Shown here: one piece after another, positions 1 to 12,555 of the stretch
Layout: each line of letters opens with the position of its first letter
Numbering within the stretch: position 1 is the stretch's first letter
Source: Felis catus
Taxonomy: Eukaryota
DNA length: 64,000 nt
NCBI RefSeq assembly: GCF_018350175.1
Contig: NC_058368.1
Coordinates: 157,420,001-157,484,000, forward strand
Direction: 5' to 3'
Translations under genes and position numbers: made by a program
Notes under the pieces: generated by a model
Seen by the model: the letters and a program-made list of their open reading frames with translations, nothing else
Told to the model about the DNA's origin: nothing
Database searches by the model: none

Positions 1-1435
1 ATCCCACTCTCCAGTTCCATCCATGTTGCTGCAAAAGGCCATATTTCATTCTTTCTCATTGTCACGTAGTATTCCAATGTGTATATAAACCACAATTTCT
101 TTATCCATTTATCAGTTGATGGACATTTAGGCTCTTTCCATCATTTGGCTATTGTTGAAAGTGCTGCTATAAACATTGGGGTACAAGTGCCCCTATGCAT
201 CAGTACTCCTGTATCCCTTGGGTAAATTCCTAGCAGTGCTATTGCTGGGTCATAGGGTAGGTCTATTTTTAATTTTTTGAGGAACCTCTACACTGTGTTC
301 CAGCGTGACTGCACCAATTTGCATTCCCACCAACAGTGCAAGAGGGTTCCCGTCTCTCCACATCCTCTCCAGCATCTATAGTCTCTTGATTTGTTCATTT
401 TGGCCACTCTGACTGGCGTGAGGTGGTATCTGAGTGTGGTTTTGATTTGTATTTCCCTGATGAGGAGTGACGTTGAGCATCTTTTCATGTGCCTGTTGGC
501 CATCCGGATGTCTTCTTTAGAGAAGTGTCTATTCATGTTTTCTGCCCATTTCTCCACTGGATTTCTTTTTTTTTGGGTGTTGAGTTTGAGGAGTTCTTTA
601 TAGATTTTGGATACTAGCCCTTTGTCCAATATGTCATTTGCAAATATCTTTTCCCATTCCGTTGGTTGCCTTTTAGTTTTGTTGATTGTTTCCTTTGCAG
701 TACAGAAGCTTTTTATCTTCATGAGGTCCCAATAGTTCATCTTTGCTTTTAATTCCCTTGCCTTTGGGGATGTGTCAAGTACGAAATTGCTGCGGCTGAA
801 GTCAGAGAGGTTTTTTCCTGCTTTCTCTTCTAGGGTTTTGATGGTTTCCTGTGTCACATTCAGGTCCTTTATCCATTTTGAATTTGTTTTTGTGAATGGT
901 GTGAGAGAGTGGTCTAGTTTCAATCTTCTGCATGTTGCTGTCCAGTTCTCCCAGCACCATTTGTTAAACAGACTGTCTTTCTTCCATTGGATATTCTTTC
1001 CTGCTTTGTCAAAGATCAGTTGGCCGTACTTTTGTGAGTCCAACTCTGGAGTCTCTATTCTATTCCATTGGTCTATGTGTCTGTTTTTGTGCCAATACCA
1101 TGCTGTCTTGATGATGACAGCTTTGTAGTAGAGGCTAAAGTCTGGGATTGTGATGCCTCCCGCTTTGGTCTTCTTCTTCAAAATTACTTTGGCTATTCGG
1201 GGTCTTTTGTGGTTCTATACAAATTTTAGGATTGCTTGTTCTAGCTTTGAGAAGAATGCTGGTGCAATTTTGATTGTGATTGCATTGAATGTGTAGATAG
1301 CTTTGGGTAATATTGACATTTATACAATATTGATTCTTCCAATCCGTGAGCATGGATGTTTTTCCATTTCTTTATATCTTCTTCAATTTCCTTCATAAGC
1401 TTTCTATAGTTTTCAGCATGCAGATATTTTACATC
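1..1435 (-). mobile_element. 5'-truncated L1 (L1_Fc-like), 3' part of ORF2, continuing beyond the window edge
   Basis: ORF 288-1181 is nearly identical to the ORF2 C-terminus at 40513-41976. It has a TGG>TAG stop at 288-290 and a frameshift near 1350. Homology stops at about 1435. Confidence 0.97.
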
Positions 1436-2090
1436 CAAAAAGGTGATTTTATTAAAGCATGGGGACAGGACCCGTGGCCAGAAAGAGCTGCACTGGGGTC
1501 ATGATGGGTAACTGATTATGTGCTCTCAGGTTGGGAGGGGGTCAGGGATAGAGTAGGTCTCTAAGCTATTTTGGAAACGAGGTTTCCAGGATCTTGAGGG
1601 GGGTGAGCTGTTGCTAGGGAAGCACCATTTATTACAGTTTGGTAAAACCTCAGTCACGAGACTTTCAGATGTATATCAGGGGGCCATAGGCTTGGAGTGT
1701 GATTGCCAGCATATACCCTGGGGGAGTTGAGATAAAGGAAGTTTCCAGTGGAATTTTTATATGTTAAAGTAGACTTACAGTATGCTCAAGGTTGGGATAA
1801 TGTGAAGCCAAGATGCTCTTTTGCCCCTAGCAAAATGTTATCAAGACAAGGAGCTCCTAGAGGGAGGTCACTCTGCTGGTTTCAAGGACTTGTCAGTGGG
1901 CTGTTCGCAGTAAGGGAATTTAATTTTTCATTTGCTTTTGTTTCTTGCATCACCATGGCAAGCACTTAAAACTCTTTCCTATGTTCTTGGGTAGCCAGGA
2001 GTGTCCGAGGAACATCACATATTACACCTTGGGGTTGGGGGTGCTGTTAGCCTGTACTTTGCCCTCAGCTTGCCCCACGCTCTCTCATCA
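1436..2090 (-). mobile_element. Probable ERV LTR interrupted by the L1
   Basis: Minus strand begins TGATGAGAGAG at 2090 and has AATAAAA at 1453-1447. Length and composition are LTR-like, and MIR-like sequence resumes after 2090. Confidence 0.5.
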
Positions 2091-3655
2091 ATAATAGTTG
2101 GCTTATAGGGCCACTGGGAGGATCACATGAGTGAAAACATGTTCAAAACATAGAATGAGCTTGGCCTCCGGTGACAGCAGCTGAGTCTATCTAAGCTGCT
2201 TTCATCAGAGCATGCAGACTTTTATATTCTCCTATTCCAGCCAATGGGTAGATTCTATAACCTTTTAAAAATGCCTGGGAAACATGGGATAAAATTCATT
2301 ATATACTGACTTTGGTAGGAGTTAACCATTATTTGCTACTACCTTTAGTCTGTTGCTGTTTTCTAGATTCTGATCTGGGCAAATAGGAAGGTTGAAAACC
2401 AGGTGTTAGCCATCTCTTTGGTATAGGACAATAGCTTCTGATATTTCCAAACTTCTGGATACTTCCCTCCCCATTTTTTCGATATTAAAAGATGAGACAG
2501 ACCACAGCCTCTCCACATATAGTGGTTATGCTTTAGGCACTGAGAAAACAGTAATGGTCAAAAGCTACTATAAGTGCTGAGATGCTTTTTTTCTTTTTAA
2601 GTAAATTAACTATTTTGAAGAGATAATTCTATGTACATGCAGTGATCCTTTAAATGAATTTATCTTTTATTCCCTGCTGCTGTTGCCATACAAGAAAATA
2701 AACCAAGAAAAACTTCTAACTAGGTAGACCAATTGTTCACCTTTTTTGAAATACTAGAAAAAAAATAGATGTAGTAAAAGATACATAGAAAGGTACGTCT
2801 TTGTATATACCTGTGGAAAATGGGACCATCTGTGGATGTTCTGACCCTGTCAACAGCCCTGAGACCATGCCAGGTTTCTGTAGGTCACAGGGTCCACTCT
2901 CCACAAGCCAAAGAATAATCAGTGGGGAGAAGAGGCCTCACACTAAAGATCATCTCATTATGGGGAGCACATAGCCCTCACTCCCCAGATTCTCACAAAG
3001 GGATATTTCTCTTCTTATGCCAGCTCAGGTGTGCGTGAAGGGGCACTTTGTGTTCATTGCTCCAACCCTCACTTGGACAAGGGGAGTTTTCCTTGTTATA
3101 TTAAGGACAGTCTATTGGGACATACCTGAGTGGGATAAGTTGTCATCAAAAATGGCCCAGAGCCACATTTATCCCTTCTCTGGTGCTGCCTGTCTCAGGC
3201 TTTCTGGGTTGGGAAAAGAACCACGGCCACTTTCAGGTTAGCTTACATTTTTTCTGTCTCAGGCTACTCACATTCTTCTCTTTTGAGAGGGCAGCCTGTA
3301 ATCCATCCTTTTCTTCCCTCACACTCTGCACTCTCTGGTCATCCAATGACTGTGTTTGTGAGTGACAGCTTCCACTCAGGTGACTGGTTAAAGGCAATCA
3401 GAGTCAACCCTGTGTGCACACTCTTGCCACAGAGGGGGATTGCATTCTAGATGCTAGGGGACGGGCCTTGTGGCCACAGCTTCCAGCCAAAGTGTCTGAT
3501 TTGGTCTTCCCAGGAGTTGTTGGTTTTTCCTTCCCAGAGTGGATCCTCTGGTCTGTGTCTGACACCTCTGGTTAGAAGGCAGGGCAGATTGTCTTAAAGA
3601 ACATTCATACCCGATCCTTAGGATGACTTGGAAGAGTAATAGCAAAAGACAAATA

Positions 3656-4088
3656 GAGTGCCTGGGTGGCTAAGTCAGTTGGACATCTGGCTTGGCTCGG
3701 GTCATAATCTCACCTCTGTGGGTTCGAGCCCCATGTTGGGGCTGTCTGTGCTGACAGCAAAGAGCCTGGAGCCTGTTTTGGATTTTCTATCTTCCTCTCT
3801 CTCTGCCCCTCCCCTGCTTGTGCTCTCTCTCTCAAAAATAAACATTAATTTTTTTTTTTTAACAAAGAATAAGGGGCAGGGTGGGGGGGCGCCTGGATGG
3901 CTCAGTTGCTTAAGCATCCGACTTCAGCTCAGGTCATGATCTCACAGTTCACAGGTTCAAGCCCTACGTCGGGCTCTGTCCTGATAGCTCAGAGCCTGGA
4001 GCCTGCTTCAGATTCAGATTCTGTACCTCCCTGTCTCTCTGCCCCTCACCTGCCTGTGTGCTCTCTCCCTCTCTCTCAAAAATAAATA
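3656..4088 (+). mobile_element. Two tandem CanSINEs (~3656-3862 and ~3886-4088)
   Basis: Each has a GCCTGG(G/A)TGGCT head, a CT-rich body and an AAAAATAAA tail. Confidence 0.9.
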
Positions 4089-5821
4089 CCTTCATACCCC
4101 ACCTTAAAAACAACTTGTAATTTTATGTATAAAGTAGTTGAAGTCTTATGAGGCACACAAGAGAAAATCGAGAAGGCAGTTCTCTCTCCCTGAGTGAGCT
4201 CAGCTGCAGGCACCCGGAGGCTACTTCAGCCCTGCTAGCAGGGAGGGGGCCTTGACTGGGCAGGAAGAGCCATAAAGAATCAAAACCCAGGTGCACTAGG
4301 GGCAACCCCAGAGGGTGACACGAAGCTCTGCACTTTCATTGGCTCTCCTAACACCTTTTCTTCTCCTCTCCCCCCTCAGCTCTGCACAGCTCACCAGAAA
4401 AGTCCCCTGGGGACAGAAAATAGAAATCTGTGTATAAATATAGACCTGAATTTAAATATCACCTGTGTTTAAAGCGACCAGGCTAGAATTCTCTCCCATT
4501 AATTGGCAAGATTAAATTCTACTCTTTCAAATGTTTAATGTATTTAGTAAGAAAAGGCTATTAAGAAAAGAAAGAAATTTTACTTAAAACATTTCAGGAG
4601 CCAGGTTCTGTAACATACATCCCAGGACCTACTAACAATTGCTATGGTACAGTGCATTAGGGCATGTGGCTTTCTCTTACAACCAAATATTAAGATAATG
4701 GCCTAAAAATAGTCACTGGGGATATAAATAGTGTGGTCTGGGCCATACAGACCACACTGTCACCCTGTGAGTTGCCTCCCCATAAAGACCATCTTTGGAC
4801 AGCCCTGGAATTTGGAGGAATGGCTGTTAGGTGTCCCACTCCAGGGCCCAGGCTGGAAGCAGCAGACTGCAGGCCCTTATGAAAATGAGACACCCGCAGG
4901 AGATTGAATCGCTTTCTTTTTAAAGTAAACAGAAGGAGTAGAGCTTTGGCTACGATTTTTTTTTTTTTTTTTTTTTTTTTGCCTGGTTATTCTTGTTGCC
5001 TTCTTTGCAAACCCCTTGTGCCAATGTCTTGGTGTCCTTTGGATGATACTCCTTTTTCTCCCTGAGTATCACAGAGAATTATTCAGCCAGGAGCTGACAG
5101 AAACCAGGAAAGGACATGAGAGACTGCACCCTGGCCCAGAAGCTGCCAAATCCCTTTCCCCTGCTCGGCAGCCAGCACCTGGCAGCAAGACCCAATGCCC
5201 CAGCTTTGACACTGGGGAAACCGAACAGCTTAAAAGAAAAATACCCAGGAACTAACCATTGAGGGATCTGCACATGATCGTTCATTCATTGATTGAGTCA
5301 TTTATTCATTGATGTATTCATCCTAACATCTGACAGATATTTATCAAAATGCCCACTACGTGCAGCCAGTTTTCTCGATGCTGTAGATAGAGCAGTAAAT
5401 CAACAGACACAATATCCTGGTCTCAAGAGGCTTATATTTTAGTGAAGACAGACTGTAAACAAAATAAATTATGCATTGTATTAGGGGATGAATGCTGTAA
5501 AGAAAAACAAAACAAGGAAGAGGGATAGGGAATGCCACGTGAAATTTTAAGTCAGGTGTTGTGGGAGGCCTTGTTGAGAAGGTAGCATTTGAACTAAGAC
5601 TGTGGTGAAGGCCACCAGTTGATGAGCCCAATCTGTGCACCCAAATCGTCTAACCAGGTTTTGGTGCCTCATTCTTAAATATGCACAGACGGCCAGATGT
5701 CACCTGTTCAGAGCAGAACATTGAATGGCCTTCAAATGTAAAGCAGAAATGGAAAATAGGGACTCAGAGGGAAAAGAGAAAATGTAAGAATCAGGAGAGA
5801 GCTTTTTAAAAAACCCCAACT

Positions 5822-5947
5822 GGGGGCACCTGGGTGGCTCAGTTGATTAAGAGTCCAACTCGATTTCAGCTCAGGTCATGATTTCATGGTTGTAAGATGG
5901 AGCCCCACATCGGGCTCCATTCTGGGTATGGAGCCTGCTTAAGATTT

Positions 5948-5994
<47 letters not shown>

Positions 5995-6039
5995 CTTCTG
6001 CTCCTCCCTGGCTCACACTGTCAATAAGTAAATAAATAA
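5822..6039 (+). mobile_element. CanSINE
   Basis: GGGGCACCTGGGTGGCTCAG head, long (CT)n, AATAAATAA tail. Confidence 0.9.
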
Positions 6040-6049
6040 GTCACAACTA

Positions 6050-6930
6050 TAATTAGTATCTTTGAGAGATTAAAAAAAAACATTTGCATTCATAAACAAG
6101 AACAAGAGGAAAAAGAAAAAATGAAAACAACTAAGAACAAGAAAGAACTCTGGGAAATAAGAAAAAATCATAGTTGGAAAAAGTTAAGTAAAAGTTTAAA
6201 AAAAACACAATAACCTCAGAGAGATAAGATATCGCATTCATGAAACAAAAACATTTCTACAAAAAAGAAACATTCAGACAATACTGAAGAGCTGTTGGCA
6301 ATTAAAAACATAATATTAGAAATTAAAAACTCAATAGAAAAGTAAGATGAAGATGAGTAAATCCCTCAGGAAAAGAATAAGAGAAAATATAACAAAAATT
6401 AAAGGACAAGTCCAGGAAAGCCAATGTTTGACTGCTAGGAGTTCCAGAAAGAGTATACAGAGAAAATGGAGGGGAGGAAAGTATCTATGAAATAATCCAA
6501 TAAAACTGTGGATGGACCCTTCAAACCTTCAAGGAGCCCCCAAAATGAATGAAGATAAATAGACCCTTACCAAAGCATATCACCGTAATATTTCAGAGCA
6601 CAGGTCTTAAAGGGAAGATTCTATAAGCTTCCACAGTACAAAACAAGTAAGAAAACCAAGCAGGTCATCTATAAAGGTTTAGGAATCAAAATGATTCCTA
6701 ACAGACTTCTTAACAGCAGCACTGAAAACAATAGACAATGATCAGTGTCTTCAAACTTTTGGAGGAAAATGATTTCCAACTAGCAGCTATAGCCAGATGA
6801 ACTATCAATCAAATATAAGCGTAGGATAAAAGCATTTTTAGCCAAGCAAGGTTTTACAACTTTACTTCCCATTCTCTTTCTTAAAAACCATGGAGGATAT
6901 TCGGCCTTCCCAAATAAAAAAGACTGAAAA
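6050..6930 (+). mobile_element. Old L1M/HAL1-type ORF1 relic
   Basis: A-rich, with a degenerate TAGGAGTTCCAGAAAGAG...GAAAATGGAGGGGAGGAAA ORF1 signature. Confidence 0.65.
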
Positions 6931-8247
6931 AAGAGAAAGTCACAATCTGATAACTTGCTTTTTATAACCATTCTCCCCTTCTTTCTTTTGGTGTAGACAC
7001 CTCTAAATTATAGCGGAGCAAGGGGTTCCCATTGGGGACACCATTGTTTGGCCTCTCTTGCAGCTAACAGGGACCACAGATCAAATTCTGGCCAATGGGA
7101 TGTGAGCAGAAATGGTGCATTCAACCCTTGGTTGATTGTGACTTTGGGAGTAAAGCCCCTGCCTGTCTCTTGAGTGTCATGAGAGAGAGAAACAAGCTTC
7201 TATCTATCATAATACTACATCGTTGTTAAAGCAGTTTAGCTGTAACAAATATGTACGAAGAGTGGGAAATAGGAGATCCATCCCAGGAGAGAAACAGAAT
7301 ACCCAGAATGACAGCAAAGGAGATCCTTCCTTACAGGGAAGAGAGGTGTGCCCAGACATAGAGGGCAACCAGCCCAGACCAGAGCAGTGTAATTATCCAT
7401 TTGGTGGTTCTCCAGTTTGTATCCTTTTTTTTCCCCTAACTTGAGCACAGAGTACCCAAATGAGCCTGAAGCAGATCCTTAACTGCACTTAGCTTGCCTT
7501 GTGCTGATGACATTTCTTCAGACCACACACTTGGCTAGGAGAGGGCACAGGTGTGCCACACTCACATAGAAGTGGTGTGCTTTGACCTGCTCCTGACAAA
7601 TGGAGTTGGGCCATGGAAGGAGAGAAGGCAGAGCAGCCCCCTTCCATTGACTCTATTTCTAGAGGATGCCCAGTATTTGTTCACACACTAGCTTTCCCAA
7701 CCATGGGGTGCCCAGTGTTCAGGGGCTGCCCCTTTGGTAAACTCCTAGGGAAGCTGAAGCCAGTCTAGGACCCAGAGCCTCTATTCAGCTTATCTTCTCC
7801 TGGGGCCATTCACCTGATTATGATAATGTTGTCCTTGCCTTACTCAGCTGGGTTGGTGTTTGTTACTGCTTTTCAAAACTAAAATGTGTCGCTTAGGGAT
7901 ATTTAGGGAGTAAAACCATAGGGAAATATCAGAATGATTACAACGAGAGTGAGCTAGTGATTACCTCTGTGGAGAGAGGAAGGGGATATGTTAGGAAGGG
8001 GCACATGGGCCTCTCTGGTGCTTTATCAGTACCTTAGAAGTACTCTGTCATATAGGTGCTTTATTTCTTTACCTAGGAGGCAGATACATGGCTGTAATTT
8101 AAATAGAGCTATGCATTCTATACACTCTTATATATGTCTAATATGTCTTACAGTATTTCTAGATAGGCTTAAATGAAACATAAATATGTGGTCAGACAGG
8201 GGTTTTTGTGATGGGTGGAGTCAGGAGTACTTTAGGTATTGACATTG

Positions 8248-8408
8248 TTTTAAGTTTATTTAGAGAGAGAGAGAGACAGAGAATCCCAACCTGGCTCCTC
8301 ACTGTCAGTGCAGGGCCCAATGTGGGGCTTGATCCCCTGAACCGTGAGATCATGATCTGAGTTGAAATCGAGAGTTGGATACTTAACCGACTGAGCCACC
8401 TAAGTGTT
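8248..8408 (-). mobile_element. CanSINE
   Basis: Reverse head (CTTAACCGACTGAGCCACC) and (GA)n. Confidence 0.85.
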
Positions 8409-9039
8409 TCAGTATTGTTTGAGATTTTAAACTTCATTCATGTATTGCTTTGATAAAATAGATCTTCTGTGCTAGAGTCTGGACAAAGATGTTTAAGTTG
8501 AGACTCCTCCCTTTGAGTATTTCTGAATGTGGCAAGACCAGTACAGAAGATTAACTTCAATTCAACCCAGTGAGAATTTTGAAGTACTTATATGCAGAGT
8601 GCTTTGGGATACAAAAGAGAGAGCAATAGTTTTTTATAGTCAAAAGGCAGTGAGAAGAGAGGGTATGTACAGGGGAGATGGTCTGTTAATCAGGCCTTGA
8701 AGGAGAAGTTTGAAAGTAAATCAAAGGGGAAGAAAGGGCATCTTAGGATGAAGTGTGAAAGAAAGTGTTAGCAAATGGTCTGGAGTGGATCACAGACTGC
8801 AGGTTGAATACCACACAACCTCTGGAGGGCACAGTGTTGTGCAGTGTGTAACTTGCACAATCATGGACAGCAATCTGGTTGAAGGGTATTAGGTAAGAAA
8901 TGGAAAAATAGAATGTGAAATGAAAAAGACTGTTTTTGAATTCTAAACATTATTCAATAGGTTAGTGTTGACATATTCAAACTATTTGTCATTTCAATAT
9001 GAAATCTAAAAATCACATCAACCATTTGTACTTAGTGAA

Positions 9040-9652
9040 GGATAATAGCATGTGCCTTTATTTATAATGATTGAGAACAAACATGAATCAAGTTTTAATT
9101 TGGTGTATTTCACAATACCATTCCTTAAGATACTGGGAACATAGAAAAGAATTAGGCAAAAATCACTGTCATCTCTGGATATTAGAAAAGAAATTAACCA
9201 TTCCCACTAGAGACCACAGAAGGAAATTAACTTAATATTGCAGTTCTAGATCAAACTTCACAATGAAGAACTCTTAAGTTTTCAGAGTGAAGGACAAAGG
9301 AGGGAGAGACAATCATTTAGGACCATGTTTCTCAAATTTGGCCCCTTTCACAGACATACTCTTGGGGAAGGGGTTTGTAAATTTCCTGTGGTAACATTTT
9401 AAATGTTGCATTTGACTTCTGTTCATAATCTAAACAATACACTCTTCTTCCGGATTGCCTGAATGACCATCTTCCATAACAGAGGAGCCCTGTGATTGTA
9501 GCAGCTACACTGATACCTCTGATCCCTGTGGCACCAAGTGAAGACCAACAGTGCTTAACGTTTCATGTGGTGTTTCCCAAGTTGGGTCCTTAAGACCCAG
9601 TACAGAGTCTCTGTACTGGTTCAACAGAATTGTTGAACATGTCCTATGAGAT
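9040..9652 (-). other. GLRX: GLRX exon 3 (3' UTR only)
   Basis: Acceptor CTAACCTTGACAACTCACAG|ATCTCATAGGACATGTTCAACAATTCTG resembles the human GLRX 3' UTR start as I recall it. AATAAA lies about 590 nt downstream. The 3' end is approximate. Confidence 0.8.
9057..9062 (-). terminator. GLRX polyadenylation signal AATAAA
   Basis: Minus strand reads CATTATAAATAAAGGCACATGC at the end of the inferred 3' exon. Confidence 0.7.
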
Positions 9653-11229
9653 CTGTGAGTTGTCAAGGTTAGAACACGGATTCAGAGCAGTGATTCCCAA
9701 GATAGGATGGGGTGGGTTGGGGATAATGACTGGGAGACACATATAACTTGAAAAAGCACATTCAAAATACCTATTGTTTTTGTAATGCAAATTCTATCAA
9801 GCTAAACTCAACCAAGTAACTTTCAGGCAATAGCAGGAAACCAATTATAGATTAATCCTAAAGAGGATTGGAGTAATCTTGGTTGAGAAACACTGGCTTA
9901 GAGGTAGAGGGGTCCTAGCATATGGAGAACATAAGAGACATGTGCCCAAGAGAAAGAACGTCTTTTGGGTCACTGAGTCAATCCTAAGCTATAACTTGTC
10001 ATGGTCTTTTGGAACCCAAAGTGCCAATGGAGAAGAAACCCAAAATGTCTATCAACCTTCTCCAACCTGTGGTTTGGGGCAAGTTGGTCCACTTTTAATA
10101 CTGAGTCAAAAGAAGGAAAAGCTGTTTTTGTCAAAAAATCCACCCCCCCCCCTTTTTTTGGGTGAACACATTTCAGAATTTTAAGTAAACAGTTGCTGTG
10201 GCCGTTAGCCCCAGATCCATCCGCCAGGAAGTGTGGTCCTCCTTTGAAATGCCATCCAGCTCTCAAGGGGGTATCATCCTGGCGTCTGCCCTGCCGAGAA
10301 AACAAAATACAAAGAAGTGGATTTTCTTGGAAAGGTAAATTCCCTTCATTTTTCTTTCATTACCAGAACAATTACTCTTGCTATTTAAGCACATCTGTTA
10401 CAGATAGCCTTGAGATACAGTTGGCACCAAAATGCTGAGATCATATAATGCTGAAGGACAATGCAAATAAAGAGACCTTGCGAATAAAAGGGACTCGAAT
10501 CCCCACCCCTACACAGACGTAGTGGGGGCAGTGGTCCTTCATATCTCTCCAGGTAAGTCATTAGTTTTCTTCTATTTTTAATCTAAGCCTACATTGCTAA
10601 AAAGTGTTCCGGAATAGGAAACATTAGGCACCACAGTTAATTGGCTTTTAAGTGCTTTGGTACACGGGATGAGGCCAGAAGGCTAACACAAACAGACGTA
10701 GTGTTCATTGGCTGTGGTGATGCAGTAGAATTGTGATTAGGAGCTTTCTGATATTGGCCACTTTATTTCAAGGTATTCAATTACACTTTTTCAGACTTTT
10801 TTTTAAAACTGCTGTTTCTATTTTGAGTAACCACCACAAATTACATATGTGCATTGCTCAAATGTAAGTTTTTAATAAACACCCCTCAAAGAATATTTGG
10901 TCTAAGAACTATACATTAGTCAAAGTCTCCTTTGACTGATCAAAACCACCGAGTCTCTCTGTGTGGCCTACCTAACAGCTAGCTAACAGTAACAAGAGCT
11001 GGGGGAAAGAGGAGCTTGTCAGACCCCACAAGTACCCGGGTTCCTTTTTCAGGAGGTCATCACCCTCTGGCTTTCCATTCAGCCAATGATTTCCTTTGGG
11101 TGACAGCTGTAGAAAGCTTTGTTTCGATGTTTGGGAAGCCAATTAAATTGAATTGATTTTCAGTGCGAACAAACGCAATGCAAAACAACCTTGCTTTCAC
11201 ATTGCATGTAAAATAATCAAATTACTTAC

Positions 11230-11680
11230 CAGGGCCTGTGCACCCTGCCCCCACCCACATTTCTTGCTGCTACTCATTCTCATGCACTTCACTCAATCTG
11301 TTCTTGCTTGCTTTCTGCTCCTTGAATATTCCATACTTGTCACCCAGGGGCCTTTGCACTTGCTCTTGCCTCTGCCTGAAAACCTTTTTGGCTTTATCTT
11401 TACATGGCTGTCCCCTCTGGCCAACCAGGTCTCAGCTCCACCAGCTGAGAAAGGCCTTCCCTTAGCTTATTAGCTAAATTGGCTCCCTACCCCCTGCCTC
11501 ATTCTATCACATTATTCTATTAATTTGTTTCAGGAATTATTTACTTACTTGTTTTTGGTTGGTCTACCTCTCTAGAATGTAAGTTCCATGTTGCCTTTTT
11601 GTTTGTCACCATATTCCCAGGGCCTAGTACAGTGTCTGGCATGTAGTAAGTGCTCAATAAGTATTTGTTAAATGAAGAGC
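11230..11680 (+). mobile_element. L2 3' end relic
   Basis: Ends GTGTCTGGCATGTAGTAAGTGCTCAATAAGTATTTGTTAAATGAA. Further L2 relics lie at ~5280-5620(-), ~14030-14730(+) and ~20250-21900. Confidence 0.75.
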
Positions 11681-11749
11681 GAGTGAAAGCATTTCCTCCC
11701 ACTGACACAATCTCTTTGTAAAATGGGAAGCTCATAAATGATATCACAG

Positions 11750-11976
11750 TTTTTTTTTAATTAATTTTTTTTAATGCTTATTTATTTCTGAGAGAGAGAC
11801 AGACAGTGTAAGCAGGGAAGGGGCAGAGAGAGAAAGGGAGACACAGAATCTGAAGCAGTCTCCAGGCTCTGAGCTATCAGCACAGAGCCCGACATAGGAC
11901 TCGAACCCAGGAACTGTGAGATCATGACCTGAGCCGAAAGTCAGATACTCAACCGACGGAGCCACCCAGGTGCCCC
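11750..11976 (-). mobile_element. CanSINE in GLRX intron 2 (sense to gene)
   Basis: Typical SINEC sequence with TSD ATCACAGTT on both sides. Confidence 0.92.
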
Positions 11977-12053
11977 GACATCACAGTTGAGATCACCCCA
12001 CATCACTCTTTCTCTAGCCAAAGTGTCTTTCTGGATTATAATAAAACATAGCA

Positions 12054-12275
12054 GGGGCACCTGGGTAGCTCAGTCAGTTAAGAATTGGACTCTAGATCTT
12101 GGCTCTGCTCATGATCTCCAGGTTTGTGGGTCTGAGTCCCTTTGAGCTGCATGGCGGGATCTGCGCTGAGGGTGCAGAGCCTGCTTGGGATTCTGTCTTT
12201 CCTTCTCTTCGCCCCTTCCCCACTTATGCACAGGTGTTCTCTCTCTCTCAAAATAAATAAATAAACTTAAAAAAA
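12054..12275 (+). mobile_element. CanSINE in GLRX intron 2 (antisense to gene)
   Basis: GGGGCACCTGGGTAGCTCAG head and AAAATAAATAAATAAAC tail. Confidence 0.9.
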
Positions 12276-12342
12276 CCCACAGCAGAATTACACCATCTCT
12301 CACTGTTCCTGGCCGGGCGTGCTGCCCTTCACTCACCTGTAA

Positions 12343-12456
12343 TTACTGTAGAGCTCCAATCTGTTTTAGCCGCTTCAGCAGCTCCCCACTCTGATGCATA
12401 TCCATTAGGTCAGTGCATCCACCTATACAGTCTTTACCGATAAAGACCCGAGGTAC
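12343..12456 (-). CDS. GLRX: Glutaredoxin-1, coding exon 2 (aa 70-106 plus TAA)
   Basis: Not in the ORF track; read by hand. Acceptor TTCTTTAG|GTA, then VPRVFIGKDCIGGCTDLMDMHQSGELLKRLKQIGALQ*. It completes the TVP and IGGC-D glutaredoxin motifs. The exon runs 6 nt past the stop to a CAG|GTGAGT donor at 12337/12336. Confidence 0.97.
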   Translation of the reverse strand, partial: VPRVFIGKDCIGGCTDLMDMHQSGELLKRLKQIGALQ

Positions 12457-12555
12457 CTAAAGAAAGCAAACGAGCCAAGATAGGTAAGGCTCTTCATCAT
12501 TAGGTTAGAAAGAATGGCATCTTATCCTTCCTCTAACATTTCCCATGACCCAAAG

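Noticed and set aside
5822..5910. tRNA-like A/B box sequences
   Set aside because: These are the heads of tRNA-derived CanSINEs, not tRNA genes.
10549..10557. Consensus plus-strand donor CAG|GTAAGT antisense to GLRX intron 2
   Set aside because: An isolated motif. It could belong to an antisense transcript, but I cannot define an exon from sequence alone.
10513..10703. 12-mer ACAGACGTAGTG repeated about 180 bp apart
   Set aside because: No mobile-element hallmarks between the copies; compatible with chance or an old duplication.
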